DNA of 63,758 nt, the filler included, from Folioceros fuciformis (Eukaryota): the NCBI GenBank assembly GCA_049999805.1. It is 13 parts of 13 records of this genome, joined end to end, with 100 filler letters (N's around TTAATTAATTAA, not from the genome) between each part and the next. Parts side by side here need not be neighbours in the genome. Positions count along the whole stretch, not along the records: positions 1 to 7,192 come from JBNGIO010002052.1; positions 7,293 to 11,466 come from JBNGIO010002056.1; positions 11,567 to 20,913 come from JBNGIO010002057.1; 10 more parts are not named here. One strand, 5' to 3'. Of this stretch, positions 1 through 12,149 are shown piece after piece. Position numbers and translations under genes: made by a program. A model generated the notes under the pieces. It searched no databases. It worked only from the letters and a program-made list of their open reading frames with translations, and was not told where the DNA came from. Position 1 is the first letter of the stretch; every line of letters begins with the position of its first letter.

Positions 1-588
1 AGCCTCCTCTTCTAGTAGTGCCCCGATAGTATTTGACAGTGAGACTGCTGTAGCTGCTGCTGTTCGCAGGTTACTGTTCTGTGTGCTCACAAAGACTCGA
101 TATCTGTCTGGCAAGGACATGAGGAGTGCAACTGATGCCTGGAGTTGAGAGACCTTCGTCCCTACTGCTACCAACTTCTACCTCAAATGCCTGAAGTGCA
201 TCACATGCTCCTCAACTATCTCAGATTCTTTCATCTTGCAATTCCAGAACGAGCGAGTGGCGTGGACCAACGACGATTGGTTTGTCGTAGCAAACATCTG
301 GGCCAAGGCTGTCCATGCCAGATGTGCTGTTGTGGCGTCCTCTATGTGGTGTATCATGCTATTGTCAATAGTGAGTTCCAAGATGGCCCCGGCCTTCGAA
401 TCCTTCTTATTCCATGCCGTAATGTCTGCTGTCGCTGCGTTTTGTCCCGGGTGAGGAGCAGAGCCATCCACCACCTCCCACAGGTCTTCTATCATCAGAA
501 GAGTCTTAACCCTGTGTGCCCAGACATCATAGTTGGACCCTGAGAATTGGTCCTTGTCTTTAAAATCAAGTTTCATTGAAGTCGTCAT
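1..588 (-). mobile_element. Ty1/Copia gag (UBN2/Retrotran_gag_2-like) remnant with an in-frame stop; runs off the window start
   Basis: Motifs FSGSNYDVWAHRVKTLL..EDLWEVVDG and WNKKDSKA..I..TI. After the TAG at 178-180 the same frame continues with LLMSLPDRYRVFV. Confidence 0.85.
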
Positions 589-1821
589 GGTTGGTTGAAT
601 TCTCCGTTGATAAGCAATTGTCTGCGTGAGCCAAGTTGGCAGATTGCCCGAAAACCAATCTCGTGATTTTGACGGGGGTGGAGAAAGCGACCTTGGCCTA
701 CCCCAGCGACAAGGTTGCCCAGCCTCTCTCAGTTTTTCTGCGGAGGTGGCTCTCTTAAGTGGCATACTGGACATGCCACCTTAATAGGCTTGATTGCATC
801 CTCATTTTGTTGACAGTCTCTAACAGGGACTGATGATTGAATCACCGACGTCGAATCAAGAATAATTTGCAGCCTTACAAATACTCTCTCCAGGATATGC
901 TCAAGAACTGTGATATGATCATGCAAACCTTTAATCAAAGAAGGTAGTTGATTTGGTGAGCCTAAGCCCGCTCTACTAGCTAGGCGCCCCGATTGCTTAC
1001 AACATGAGCAAATAGGGTCTTCTTCTCGGTGTAGGTGCAGAAGCGAAGAGGTGTGAATTGCGGCAATCTCCGTACCTAAGGGTTCGAGAAAGCGTCTCTC
1101 CTATGCTTGATAGAAAGCTAGGCGAGAAGTCTCTGCTCTGCCGACCTACATGGCACCCTCTATCTCGGCGTCTGCGCGGCATGGCGCACGCAGTTCATGT
1201 GCATAAAGCCGCAGACAAAAAAAAGGTTGTGGGATGTCTCAAAGATGCACATACGCGCCAATCCGTGCAGCAGCTAGCCTGCAGATGTGGTCGCCCAGGC
1301 ATGCAAACAGATAATCATGGGCACACACACAAAAAAACGCATGTGCGTCCATGAATTTGCTGGCCTGCATACTGGAAACTGCAGGAGTTTGTTCGCACAA
1401 TACTGTATAAGCCATTGCACGGATTTTGCAAGCGCGCAATCACGACACCCCAAAAAATCTAGCCGGACGCATTTGGTAGTGATTCTATATTATGCCGCGC
1501 TCGATGTGAATGCCTATGGATGCCACCATCTAGAAACCTGCTCTAATACCATAGAAAGTTTTTAGATCGAACAAGAGGATTTGTATTACAGCTGAATCTC
1601 TTTAAGAAGCACTCTTGACAGTTGAAAGCAGTTAGGTTACCTCGATATCTACATATATACAATAAATTAACTTATTCTATTTGACTATTTCGATATGCTA
1701 TTGCTAGACTAAACTAACTTAAAGTACTTTTTTACGTAAAAGCAACAAAAAGACACTAGGTCAAAGAAGAAGGCAAGAAATCAATATTGAACATATACAT
1801 AATGTTACCTCAGTTACATTT

Positions 1822-2420
1822 AAAAGATGGTCATAAGTTCGTGTGTCCTTGCGCACAAAGTAATTTTTAAATAGACCGTTGGAAGAAAAGGTTAGTTTGC
1901 TTAGGCACAAGAGTTGCGCTTAAGTTTGCTTGCAAATGTGCGGCGAGGTTGGAAATATGTGCCTAAGGCCTTGTTTGCTTGCAAATGTATGCTATCACAA
2001 CTACGTCTCATGCTTATATTCCATGCATTTATAACATCCCAAATTTAGTACATTCCAAATTTATAGGGCTTTAGGGTTTTGTGGCATAATGAGGCCTCAT
2101 GCAATTTTTTTTGTGAATACATTAAATACAAAGCATAATTATAATTGAACGGCATTTTAGAAGATGGTCATAAATTTGTGTGTCTTTGCGCACAAAGTAA
2201 TTTTTAAAAAGACCGTTGGAAGAAAAGGTTAGTTTGCTTAAGCACAACAGTTGCGCTTAAGCTTCGTTGCACATGTGTGGCGAGGTTGGAAATATGTGCT
2301 TATGGCCTTGCTTGCTTACAAATGTATGTTATCACAACTATGTCTCTTGTTCATATTCCATGTATTTATAGTATTTCAAGTTTAGTACATTCCAAGTTTA
2401 TAGGGCTTTAAGGTTTTGTT
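1822..2420. repeat. Diverged direct repeat, two copies of ~260 bp (~1822-2084 and ~2161-2420)
   Basis: Both copies read aagatggtcataa...gcgcacaaagtaattttt...gaccgttggaagaaaaggttagtttgctta...tacattccaa.tttatagggcttta. Confidence 0.9.
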
Positions 2421-2952
2421 GTAATACTACTAGAATAGAAATTTATAGAGATTTAAGGTTTTGTGGTTCTGCTACTACATTAAAAGTTTATATGGTTTAT
2501 AAGTTTATAAGTTTTATAAGTTTATAGGGTTTATAAGTTTTAAAAGTTTATAAGTTTATAGTGTTTTGTGAGACTGCTACTACATTAAAAATTGATAGAG
2601 GCTTAGCGTTTGGTGCATAAGAAAGGGTATAAATAAATTATATAAAAAAGTAATTTAATTATAGGGATGAAAATAGTGAAGTAGCATCCTTAATACCTCA
2701 AAAAGGGATTTGATGTTGGTAGCGTCTTATTGTGTTAGGATCATTTTATTAGTTTGATTTTAGTTTCTTTCTTGATGATCTGGGAAAGAACAATTAATTT
2801 AAAAGTTAGCTATTAAAATTAGAATAAGTTTAAAAAACATTTAACTGTTAAAATTAAAATTAAAATTTTAAAAATTAACTTTTTAAAATTAAGAATAAAT
2901 AATTTCAAAATTATTGTAAATGGAAGAGTTTCGGAAACAGACCATACATGTT

Positions 2953-5900
2953 CTAAAACATGCGTTTCTGACGTTCCCTGAGAAGAATCTCGTCAAGCTT
3001 ATCTTTTATCACATTCCATGGGACGAATACACCGCAGGAACCCTTGTACACTAGATTTCTTCTGGCGTAATCTGCCCGGAACTTCGAGGACAACCTGCTC
3101 CATGCTTCCTGCATTGCTTCCGCGTGCTTTCTCTCGAAGGCTTTGTCAATTAACTTACCGAATTTGGTTTTAATATCCTGGGTGATAGCCCGCATCTCCT
3201 CGGTGATGTCCGCTTGGCTCAAACTTTAGGAGGTCATGGACAAAACTCGGAACGCCATCAGAACATTACTTGGCACAAACAACATGGGGAGGAAGATTAC
3301 CACGAAGCGTCAAGAGGGCAGAGGTTGCAGAGAAGAGAGTAACTCACGTATGGGTGTTGATGCCCAAAAGTTCGCCAGACGACGCAAGAAAGACAGCTCC
3401 CCCTGCACAGCCAGGAAAACACTTGTATGTCGCCAAGACATTGGTTTTGCTTAGTATCTTGGAGATCACGCCCCGCACTACAGTCACAGGCTCTTCTTGC
3501 GTGTGTTCAACTGTGGGACTGACTGCGGGCCAGTTCACTCGAGGATGAGATACCATGAACACCTGCTCACCTAGAAGTTGCTTCATGTTGTCTGGCAGCT
3601 CAGGGGAGACTGTGCCAGTGGCAGGGGAAGTAAGGCCTAGATGGGAACCTCCTGGCATGTCCAAGAAAGTCAGATCAAGGTCAGGAAAAGAGGCCTTTTC
3701 CCAGACGCTCACACCTTCCACTGCAAATTCATGGCCCTTGCCTAGCACAACGCCGTCACTGTTCATCACATTGTGCATAACTGTCAATCCCAAATTTCTT
3801 TCCACTACAATAGCTGACCCCACGATAGCTCCCCCCGAGCCGCGAAGACTGTACACAAACTGCGCGCTCATCTTGAAGTAGCTGGACCTTATGTTTTGAG
3901 GAATCTGTTCCTCTTCCACTACGAGAGATTTGGGTGCCTCTTTGGGAAGGGAAAAGTTAGGATCTGTGGGCGCTTCTACCGTGCCAGACGAGCCCAACAT
4001 GGATTGAATTGCTCCGGCATTTGGATCGGTGATAGCTCCGGTAAGTAGCAGTGCGGAAGTTGCCACAAGCTTACTCACTTCGGAAGTCGATTGTACATTT
4101 GTCGCATCTATTTCTTGTACTCCATCCTTGTCCTCCTCTTGATCAGTCACCTTGTAGTCAGAAATGGAAATAAAACCTGAATTCCCCGGATATGGGAGTG
4201 CAACGAGGCAAGGATGCTCACCAATCGTAGCATCAAATGTGAGGAACTCAGGTGGATCCTCGAAGACATAGTTTTCCAGAGGAATAGTAACTTTAACTCC
4301 TGTCAACTCCTGGAACCTGTCTGTTACCCACTGTGCTGCATGAAACACACTTAGTCCATACGTCCGGATAACATAATTGATGGCATTAACCATCCCTTCC
4401 TGCCGCAGCTGGTTGCCAATCAGCCAGCCCTTGAGTTCATTGCGTTCTTCTAATTGCAACTCAGAACAAATTTTCCTGAGAGCATTTTCGTAGAGCCGCA
4501 TTGTTAGCAGTCCTTCTTGCCACTTTCGATCATTCTCCTCCCGCAGAGCCCTGCGGAGGGCTATGGCTGTGCGAGCCTGCCCCAGCTTGTACCTCTTCCT
4601 TTGCCGCTCTTCCACAATCCGCAGCTGGCGCATGAACAGGGCATGGGCATCCTCAATACCTTCCAACCGTCTGACCTCCCTAATGGCCTCCCCAAGAGGG
4701 TCTTTGCCCTCAGGATCCTCTAGATTGAGCCTATCCTCAATTCCTAGGTTGCCTAAGGATGCCCTGATGCCCACCTTGATCGTCACAGAAGAATCATGAG
4801 GATCAGTGACCTCCGTCAAGTCCACATGCATTCTCTGCGAGTCGTTCCTTCCGCCCCGGGTTGTCAGTTGCAGGGACACGGAATGATCAGACATCTCGAG
4901 CAATTTCACTTGAACCTCTTGCTCCAGGCCGAAAGAATCATCATCCTCTCCTTCAAATCCTGCCTTTTCCTCAACTGTCCGGATAACTTTTCGCAAGGCA
5001 TCCCTGTCCTCTGATAAGGTCGCTAGAACCTTTCGGACTCTAGATTCCTCGCACGGCAGGTCGGACTCCTTTGCAGCAGTACTACCTGTTCGTCCAAGCA
5101 ACCGCCTTAATGCTCTGATGTGGCCCTCCAGGTCATCGAGCGATTGTTCAAGTTTTCCGTATAGAGCTTGGGCAAGGGCTTTAGCCTGGCGAGCACAAGC
5201 TGGGTCTGTCTCCTTCTCAAGCGCTTCCAAATGCTTCAGATGCTCAGCAAGAACATGGTCTTTTGCCTCCACCAAAAACCTCATCTTCCTATGCCTCAGC
5301 AGCTGTGACTGCTGTTGGAGCTCTTGCTCAAGCTCGCCCAATGGAGGCCTCCGGTACGAGGGACCTATCTCACTCCGACTGAGTACTGCGCTTAATGGTA
5401 GTAAGACCTTCTCGTCATCTGAGCTTGGCTGTTTACTTGCAGTCCAGTGTGCCCCTCTCTTCACAGCAGCTTTCTGTGGAAGGATCCTGCTCAGGCCGAC
5501 TGACGGGTGCCTCGCCAGCTTGGCAACAAACGCAAATTTGTCCACTGCTAAAGCCAAAACCCTTTCGTTGATCACCTCAAGCCACCGGCGAGCTGTATCG
5601 TAGCGATCCGACATGGTCGGAATATTAGGCTCCTCCATTTCCGACTGGGCATCGGCAAACAACTTTTCTGTGATCACAGCTTGCCGCTCAGCCTGCAATT
5701 CCAATTGCTTCTCAGGTGATTGGTACTTGGCCAGTGTGGTACGAGCCTGGCAAACCAGCATAGGCAACTTCTTGTGATACGCTGCAGAGTGAACCATGAC
5801 TCGTCGATTTGCTCGGAGAAGGCATTGCCGGCGTTCGACCGAATAGAGAAACTGAGATTGAGATGCGGTCAAACGACTAGGTCGAGGAGGTAATGGGAGA

Positions 5901-7192
5901 GTCAGAGGGCGATCTGGAGCTCTGAGTGCAAGCTGTCGTTCCCTCTGTTCTGCGACTCTCTTTATCCAGTTCTTCGCTTTCTTCTGGAAAAACTCGGTCT
6001 GCATCCTTTTCATACTTACGGACTTGCCTTCCCACTTCACCAACTGCAATCCTGGATCCTCAGTTCTTTCGTGCACCTCAGATGTGCTCTGTCCGACATG
6101 ACCACGTAAGGAGATTTCGAGGAGATTCTGGACTAGCTCCTCTTCAGCATCCCGTCGAGCTGGAGTGCCCACTTCAGCAAGCACGAAGTTCTCCAAGAGC
6201 TTAGGCTGAAGCTGGCCGTGGTAGATCAAGAAATTGTTCTGTCCCAGAGGCAGAGCTGGCCGCCGCTCCTCTTCCTGGTGCCACGACAGAGGAGCCTTTG
6301 GCAAATTCCCTGGTCTACTAAGGTCCAATCCCCAGGCGTGAGACGGGGGAAGGTGGAGCGATATCATCCCCGACGTCTGCAGAAGGGGAACGTCGTCCCG
6401 ACGCACATCAATCACAAATGCATGAATGGCTGGAAGCTGGCTGTTTGTATCCCCAGGTGAGGACGTCAATGGTTCCAGTGTCCTCAGTGTCTTCATATCC
6501 AGCTTGGAGAGCACCGGCGCTGTGATTCCTTCGTCTGACCTTATTCCAATTGAGCTCCACCCCCCATATCTCCCACCTGATGAGGTCGGCAGACGAACAA
6601 TCGTGGCAGTTCTTTCCTTCACCACCCCAATCCTGAACTCTGGTTCAGCAGACGAACCGGACAACCTGTGCAAGGTGACACGAGTGGTGATCTGTATCTG
6701 CAACGCAAATGCGGCAAGGTCTGGATAGCTCAAAATGGGCGACTGTTGCAGCCCCTTCATATCCTCTCCTGATTCCGGACCGGCATCACCGTCCTCCTCT
6801 GTGTACTCATGTACGGAGCCATCAGAGGAGTCAAGGGCAAGTGCGGAATCCCTGGCACATATCGTGTCATCCAGGTCCTCTTCGTACTGCCTTTTTGCAC
6901 CAGCTGCTAACTGCTGCTCGGCAGTCGGAAGCAACGCCATCATGAGGGTGACATCAGAGTTCTGGTTTGATGCCGGTGGCTGCTTTGTCCCACCTGCTCC
7001 TCGTGTCCGAGGGAACCGTCTCTTGACTTCAGCAACTACATCCTGTGGTGGGTCTTCGCTCTCCTCCATTTCTTCGTCTTCGTCCGTCTCCTCACTTTCC
7101 TCGTCCGTTTCTCCGCTTTCCTCCTCAACTTCGTCCTCCGTTGTATCTTCGTCGTCATCAGACACAGGATTCTTCCTGGGTCTGCTTCTGCC
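2953..7192 (-). CDS. Large uncharacterised protein (>1300 aa, 5'-incomplete): acidic N-region, coiled-coil-like middle, C-terminal trypsin-like domain; one predicted intron at 3224-3347
   Basis: The 1273-aa ORF is open to the contig edge. Trypsin-like motifs: GSAIVV..LGLTVMHNV, DLDLTFL, VFMVSHP, RGVIS, PGCAGGAVF..SGELLGIN. A GTGAGT...AAAG intron joins it in frame to ORF 2953-3222, which ends GVFVPWNVIKDKL. Confidence 0.7.
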
Positions 7193-7292
7193 NNNNNNNN
7201 NNNNNNNNNNNNNNNNNNNNNNNNNNNNNNNNNNNNTTAATTAATTAANNNNNNNNNNNNNNNNNNNNNNNNNNNNNNNNNNNNNNNNNNNN
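7193..7292. other. Artificial contig linker. The same linker recurs at 11467, 20914, 26789, 29695, 31930, 37624, 39324, 45703, 56991, 59583 and 62474 (100 bp each).
   Basis: Identical N-run + TTAATTAATTAA (stops in all six frames) + N-run. Confidence 0.98.
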
Positions 7293-7566
7293 GGTGGATG
7301 GGCAGGTATAAAACGAGGAGAGTGAACAGGTATACAAGGAGGAGGACTAGTAGATATACGAGAGGAGGATGGTCAGGTATGAAGGACGACGATGAGCGGG
7401 TATGCACGAGGAACACGAGCACAACGGGACGACGAAGAAACGAAGAGAGCGACAGCAGCGTGAAAAGAAAACCGGCGACTGGGGAAAATTCGAGCAAGAC
7501 GGCAGAGAAAGGGACGAAGCCAACAGGAGAAGGCGAGCCTAGGTTGTAAACAACCACAGTAGGGTT

Positions 7567-7753
7567 TCCAGTCTGGGGAACAGTGCATGGACAAGGAAAT
7601 CCGCAAGCACATGTCTCGTGTCGTGGACGATGGTATGGCATACCAAAGAGGGCAGATGAGGGGTGTCAGATCTTTTTCTCACTTTCCAATCTGGGTAACA
7701 GTACATGGACAAGGAAATCCTCAAGCTCATGTCTGGTGGACTATGGTATGGCA
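7567..7753. repeat. Short diverged direct repeat (~70 bp x2, ~120-bp period)
   Basis: tcca.tctggg.aacagt.catggacaaggaaatcc.caagc.catgtct...gtggac.atggtatggca occurs twice. Confidence 0.8.
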
Positions 7754-8723
7754 CAGCAAACAGGATAGATGGGAGGTTGTAAGATCTTTTTCTCAACACA
7801 TCACACATAACGCTGTGGTGTGGTGCATGGCACGAACACTTCGCTGCAGAAAATGAAAGCCCACGAGTAAAAAATTCTCCCACCACGTCTTTCGCGGTCT
7901 TTCATATGGTGGGCGATGGTGGGCGATGGTGGGCGAGAGTGTGGGAGGGTTAAACAATTGAAGCTAGGACGTATTTGGGAAGTTGGGATGGCTTGGCTGT
8001 CAAGGAATTCCAAGATGAAGTTGTTTTCTACATGCCTACTGCCACTGGAGGAGGCGCTCCTGTGTTTACTACCGGCGACTTTCTACGGGGTTGCTCATCC
8101 ACCCAGCCGTCTTCCTGCTGCTTTGACAGGCAATATATTGATTTGCTCATTTCGATCAGCAATGGGTGTTAGTGTTGCACTGCTTCTGTTACAGCTGGAG
8201 GTCAAGAGAGCTGCAAAGGGTAGGTGCATTGCATTGGCCATCCGACCTTAAAGAAAAGTAGGGATAGGCTATTATACAAAACCATCCCGGAACAACTCTC
8301 AACAATCAGAAGCTTCAGACGTGTGCAACGTGAACATCTCAACATCTTCAGATTGTTGGTGAGCGATGTCCTTATGATAAATCCTTAAACCGCCACGTTG
8401 TAAATGCCTTGCCATAAACATTAACGACCTCAAGGATTCCATGACGTTGATCGATTGAGGAAAAGAATGGAGAGTCTGTGCGTTGCAGATCAGTGCATGC
8501 AGCAGCGGCACAAGTTGAGCTGAGACACCACTCCATTCCACCAGGCAGACACCTGGAACTAGCTACGCCACTGTACCGGACCTGTTCCCGGCTCAGGGTG
8601 GCAAAATATTTCATGAGCAACAAGGTATGACGGTTCGTCCAAGGAGGTACACAAAAGAAACGGTGACCGACATCCAGGTTGGCCTTTCGCAAGGACGGGC
8701 ATGGATGAACTAGTGTTTCAACT

Positions 8724-10497
8724 TCATATTTCATTTGCCTTGGCCAACTCGACCTCAATCAAGCCAATGCACTCACCGACAGATTTCCGTTCAGCCATGG
8801 CTGACGTTAACTTCAAGTGTAGATTCTTGTGTCGGCGCAGTAGTGTTATCGTATTGAGAACAGCCCATCGAATCTGCGAATCAGCTTTCTTCTGGGTAAA
8901 CCTTAAGCCCTTCAGAAGGGCATCGAGCTGCGTTACCAACGTTTTAAATATCATTCTCGCTTAGACAAAGTACAAGAGCTATTGAAAACAACGCCGACGG
9001 TGGAAGCACCATGTAGATTAGACGATTGAAGGTAGACTACCTGATTCAGATCAGCAAGCCCACCCTCCGCAACACCGAATGACAAATATTCTGTTGCCAC
9101 GCCAGCTAAGGCAATGCATGTGAACTTATCCAGCATCTGCTAAACACACTTGGAGTCTTCAGCACAAAAGCAACTTGCTGTGTGGCTCGAAAAGCATTTC
9201 ATCCTACATAGGGGAAGATATACTTACCGTAGATGATAGTTTTCCAGACGCTACCTGCAAATCCCAGCACCAAAGCAAGGATAGTTTAGAACTACAGCAC
9301 TGGAAGATCAAAGCACGCCTTTAGCCACTCTGGTGGAAAGGCACCTCTTCCTGAAACTCAAAATCAACGAAAGTAGTTCCTGCTTGAATGTTGAATGTGC
9401 CATATTTCCGAAAGGCATCAAAGCTTGACAGCGTATATTCTTCGGGAAGGACTCCAACGAGATACGATATCAAGAAGTGGCCTGCCTCGTGCTGCTTAGC
9501 ATCAAGAACAAACGTCAGAGCGGATCCCGACCCTGTATGCAGAAGAGACGAGGCAACTGATCTGCGACCAAGTGAAGCCGAAATGAACCCCAATCCTCGA
9601 TGTCTAACCGCCGGAAAAGAGGGTATACTCACCTGTGCAACCCTGTCTTTGTATTTGCTGCTCAGTATCCGCCCAAGGGAGTCAAGAAGCAAACCTTCTA
9701 AACCCCCTCCGTTTAGGATCTGCAGATGATCAGTGTAGCCTCACAACCTGCTCTAAAGGAGTTGTCTGCAAGGAGGAACCCAATGACTCGTTGCAAGGGC
9801 AGTGCTAAACCTGATCCAAACTTCCAAGGAACAGAAACGAAACGACTGCCGCAAGTAACTGAAATTGATCGAGTCCAAGAGTCTGCCACGCAGCAATGCC
9901 ACCAGCAGCAGCCGCTATCTGCAACGCTCGCCGCACTCCTCCAAGTGTTGCATCCGTAGGAGACAGAAAGCGTGAAGTGTCTATCTTATTCAGTCGCAGT
10001 TCTTCCAGTGTGTAAATCCTCTGAGGGACCTACAAAAAGGTGCGACATTCAGCTATCCCCTTGATACGCTCCTGCGAACGACACAGACGCATCCTACCCT
10101 GCCCTATCGTGAGGCATGCGAAACAAGAACAGAATTTCCAAGGAAAGAGGCTTGAAGTTCCAAGTACTTGAGCTGCTCCGCCAAAACCACGCAGCCCTGT
10201 TTCTCCTTGACGAGCTCTGGCAAGGGCCAAAGCCCCTCTATCATTGCCATTTCTTAGCTCTTCATCCAACGCCTTCAGCAATTCGACCCTCCCAAGCTCA
10301 CCATTCCTCAGGAGCTCCAGCTTCGTTTCCAATCTTCCCCCAGCCTCATACTGCTGTTTCTTGTTGGCATCAAGCGCACAGCGACAAAAACCGTGGGCCT
10401 TCAGCAAGTTTCGATAAACGGGGCTTACTGCACAAAAGCCTGCACGGAAGCCATGACCAGTCAGAGACGACCCGTGACTCGCGAGCAGAGCCTCCAT
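8724..10497 (-). CDS. Putative plastid M41/FtsH-like zinc metalloprotease domain protein (At5g27290 family), 7 exons
   Basis: Spliced exons give GLRGFGGAAQ|VPQRIYTLEELRLN, HEAGHFLISYLVG (HEXXH), NIQAGTTFVDFEF, CIALAGVATEYL and FTQKKADSQIRWAVLN. Confidence 0.9.
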
Positions 10498-10538
10498 CGA
10501 AATATAGACTCACACATCCATCTTCGTTTAGATTAGGG

Positions 10539-10734
10539 TGGGGTGCGCCAGGCGATGGAAGTAGTGCAATACCAATGCGACGCGCGCAGAGCCGAGATAG
10601 CAAGCTATCCCGTAAGGCCTGCCCCTGAAAGAAATTAGATTAATATCATGTGAATCGATGATCCACGTATCAGATATTAAACTGATAAGAACAGATACTA
10701 CACTTGATCTTAGCCAAAAGGCCGAGAAAGGTAC
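10539..10734 (-). ncRNA. U2: U2 spliceosomal snRNA
   Basis: Minus strand reads GTACCTTTCTCGGCCTTTTGGCTAAGATCAAGTGTAGTATCTGTTCTTATCAGTTTAATATCTGAT (branch-point pairing GTAGTA), then GATAGCTTGCTATC and ATTGCACTAC. A TATAA lies ~30 nt upstream. Confidence 0.96.
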
Positions 10735-10817
10735 GAAACAAATGGGTGGAAGGGTTCAGACCTTATACCAAAAGCTGGACGGCGGTCGTTTGTTAAGCAA
10801 TATGGCGTAAATAAAAA

Positions 10818-11466
10818 TTACGACATACGCAGATCTTTCCTTTCGCTGTTGTCACGACACAGAAAGCTCAACGACTCAGGTGCAGTTATGCCTTCCTCCT
10901 GCACAGCCCTGTAAAGAACAAGGGCCTCCAGCTCCATGTCTATATGGGAATATGCTGCTCTCATGCCATTCCATGTCACCAAATCTTTGTGAGGAAGTCT
11001 ATCAAACACACACTGCGCATCCTCCACCTTGCCACACTTTGCATACATGTTTAGCAAACTGCTTGCTACAAATACGTCAGTTTGAAGGCCTCGTTCTCTG
11101 AGTTCAGAATGAAGCTACCTCCCCTCCTCCAAAGCCGGTGCACCAAACTTGCACATGGAGGACGCACACAAAAATCATCAAATCGAGTCCAACTATCTCT
11201 TCATCCTGCATAGCTCTGTAGAGAGGAAGAGCTTCCTGCCTATGCCCTGCTGAGAGTACCCTGCTATCATGGCACTCCATGTTACTACATCCTTTCGACC
11301 GAGCCCGTCGAACACGCTTTGGGCTTCCTCCAGGCTGCCACACTTGGCATACATGTCTACCAAACAGTTTGTGACATACAAATCACGCTCTGCACCACTT
11401 GCCAACTAGTCAGGGACCTGTTGCCCAGCTTTCAAGTCTGCTCCCTGGCACAGGCCTGAAGAGCTG
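10818..11466 (-). pseudogene. PLS-class PPR gene remnant, frameshifted
   Basis: NCLVDMYAKCGSLEEAQSVFD..DVVTWSAMIAGY and NMYAKCGKVEDAQCVFDRLPHKDLVTWN are separated by frameshifts and stops. Confidence 0.85.
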
Positions 11467-12149
11467 NNNNNNNNNNNNNNNNNNNNNNNNNNNNNNNNNN
11501 NNNNNNNNNNTTAATTAATTAANNNNNNNNNNNNNNNNNNNNNNNNNNNNNNNNNNNNNNNNNNNNGGTACGTGCAGCGTGGTACGTGGATGAGGCTTGT
11601 CTGTTTCTCCTGCGCTTGCTGCAGATTCGTGTCAGCTTGGCCGGCCTCTGGCAATGCCGGCCTAGGCTAGCTCGGCTCGGCTCGGGGTTAGTCACGTTGT
11701 GTGATGCCGGTCCTGTTTTAGGACGCAAGAAGAGGTTGCTTTGGTGTTGAATGCGGTGCTTTGAGCTAGGCAGGGGTGGTGGATGCTTTTTTGGCTTCCT
11801 GGCTGCTGGATGACGTGCCTGATAACGCCGGGGATGGGAAGGAATGGGATGGTTCGGTGTGGGTTGAGATGAGATGAGATGAGATCAGAGGGGATGGAAG
11901 GGGAGGGGAGTCTTGTTGTCTAGAGCCGGCGCCGGCGGCGGGGAGGCGCCGGGGGGTGTTGGATAAGGTGCACACTCACACATGTTTCCTTCTCTCGTCG
12001 AGTAGGGAGCTTTCGGTAATGCACAGGTTGCTGCTGCCGCTGCCGCTCCCGCCGCTGCTTGGTTGCCGTGTGGTGCGTGTCCTGGAGTGACCTAGGATTA
12101 GTATCCCGAGTGGCTTCACCATGGCCGCTGCCTTCTTGTGCAGTCTAGC

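Noticed and set aside
2430-2570. Interstitial telomere array
   Set aside because: The units are TTTATAAG-like, with no tandem TTTAGGG run.
4170-4200. PGNSG motif inside the large ORF as a second serine-protease active site
   Set aside because: No appropriately spaced His/Asp motifs upstream and no GGP-like continuation; probably coincidental.
7237-7248. TTAATTAATTAA as a recurring biological motif
   Set aside because: Always centred in identical N-runs, so it is an assembly linker.
7900-8600. Possible LRR remnant (LHSFPQSINVMESLRSL)
   Set aside because: A single weak repeat, not enough to support a call.
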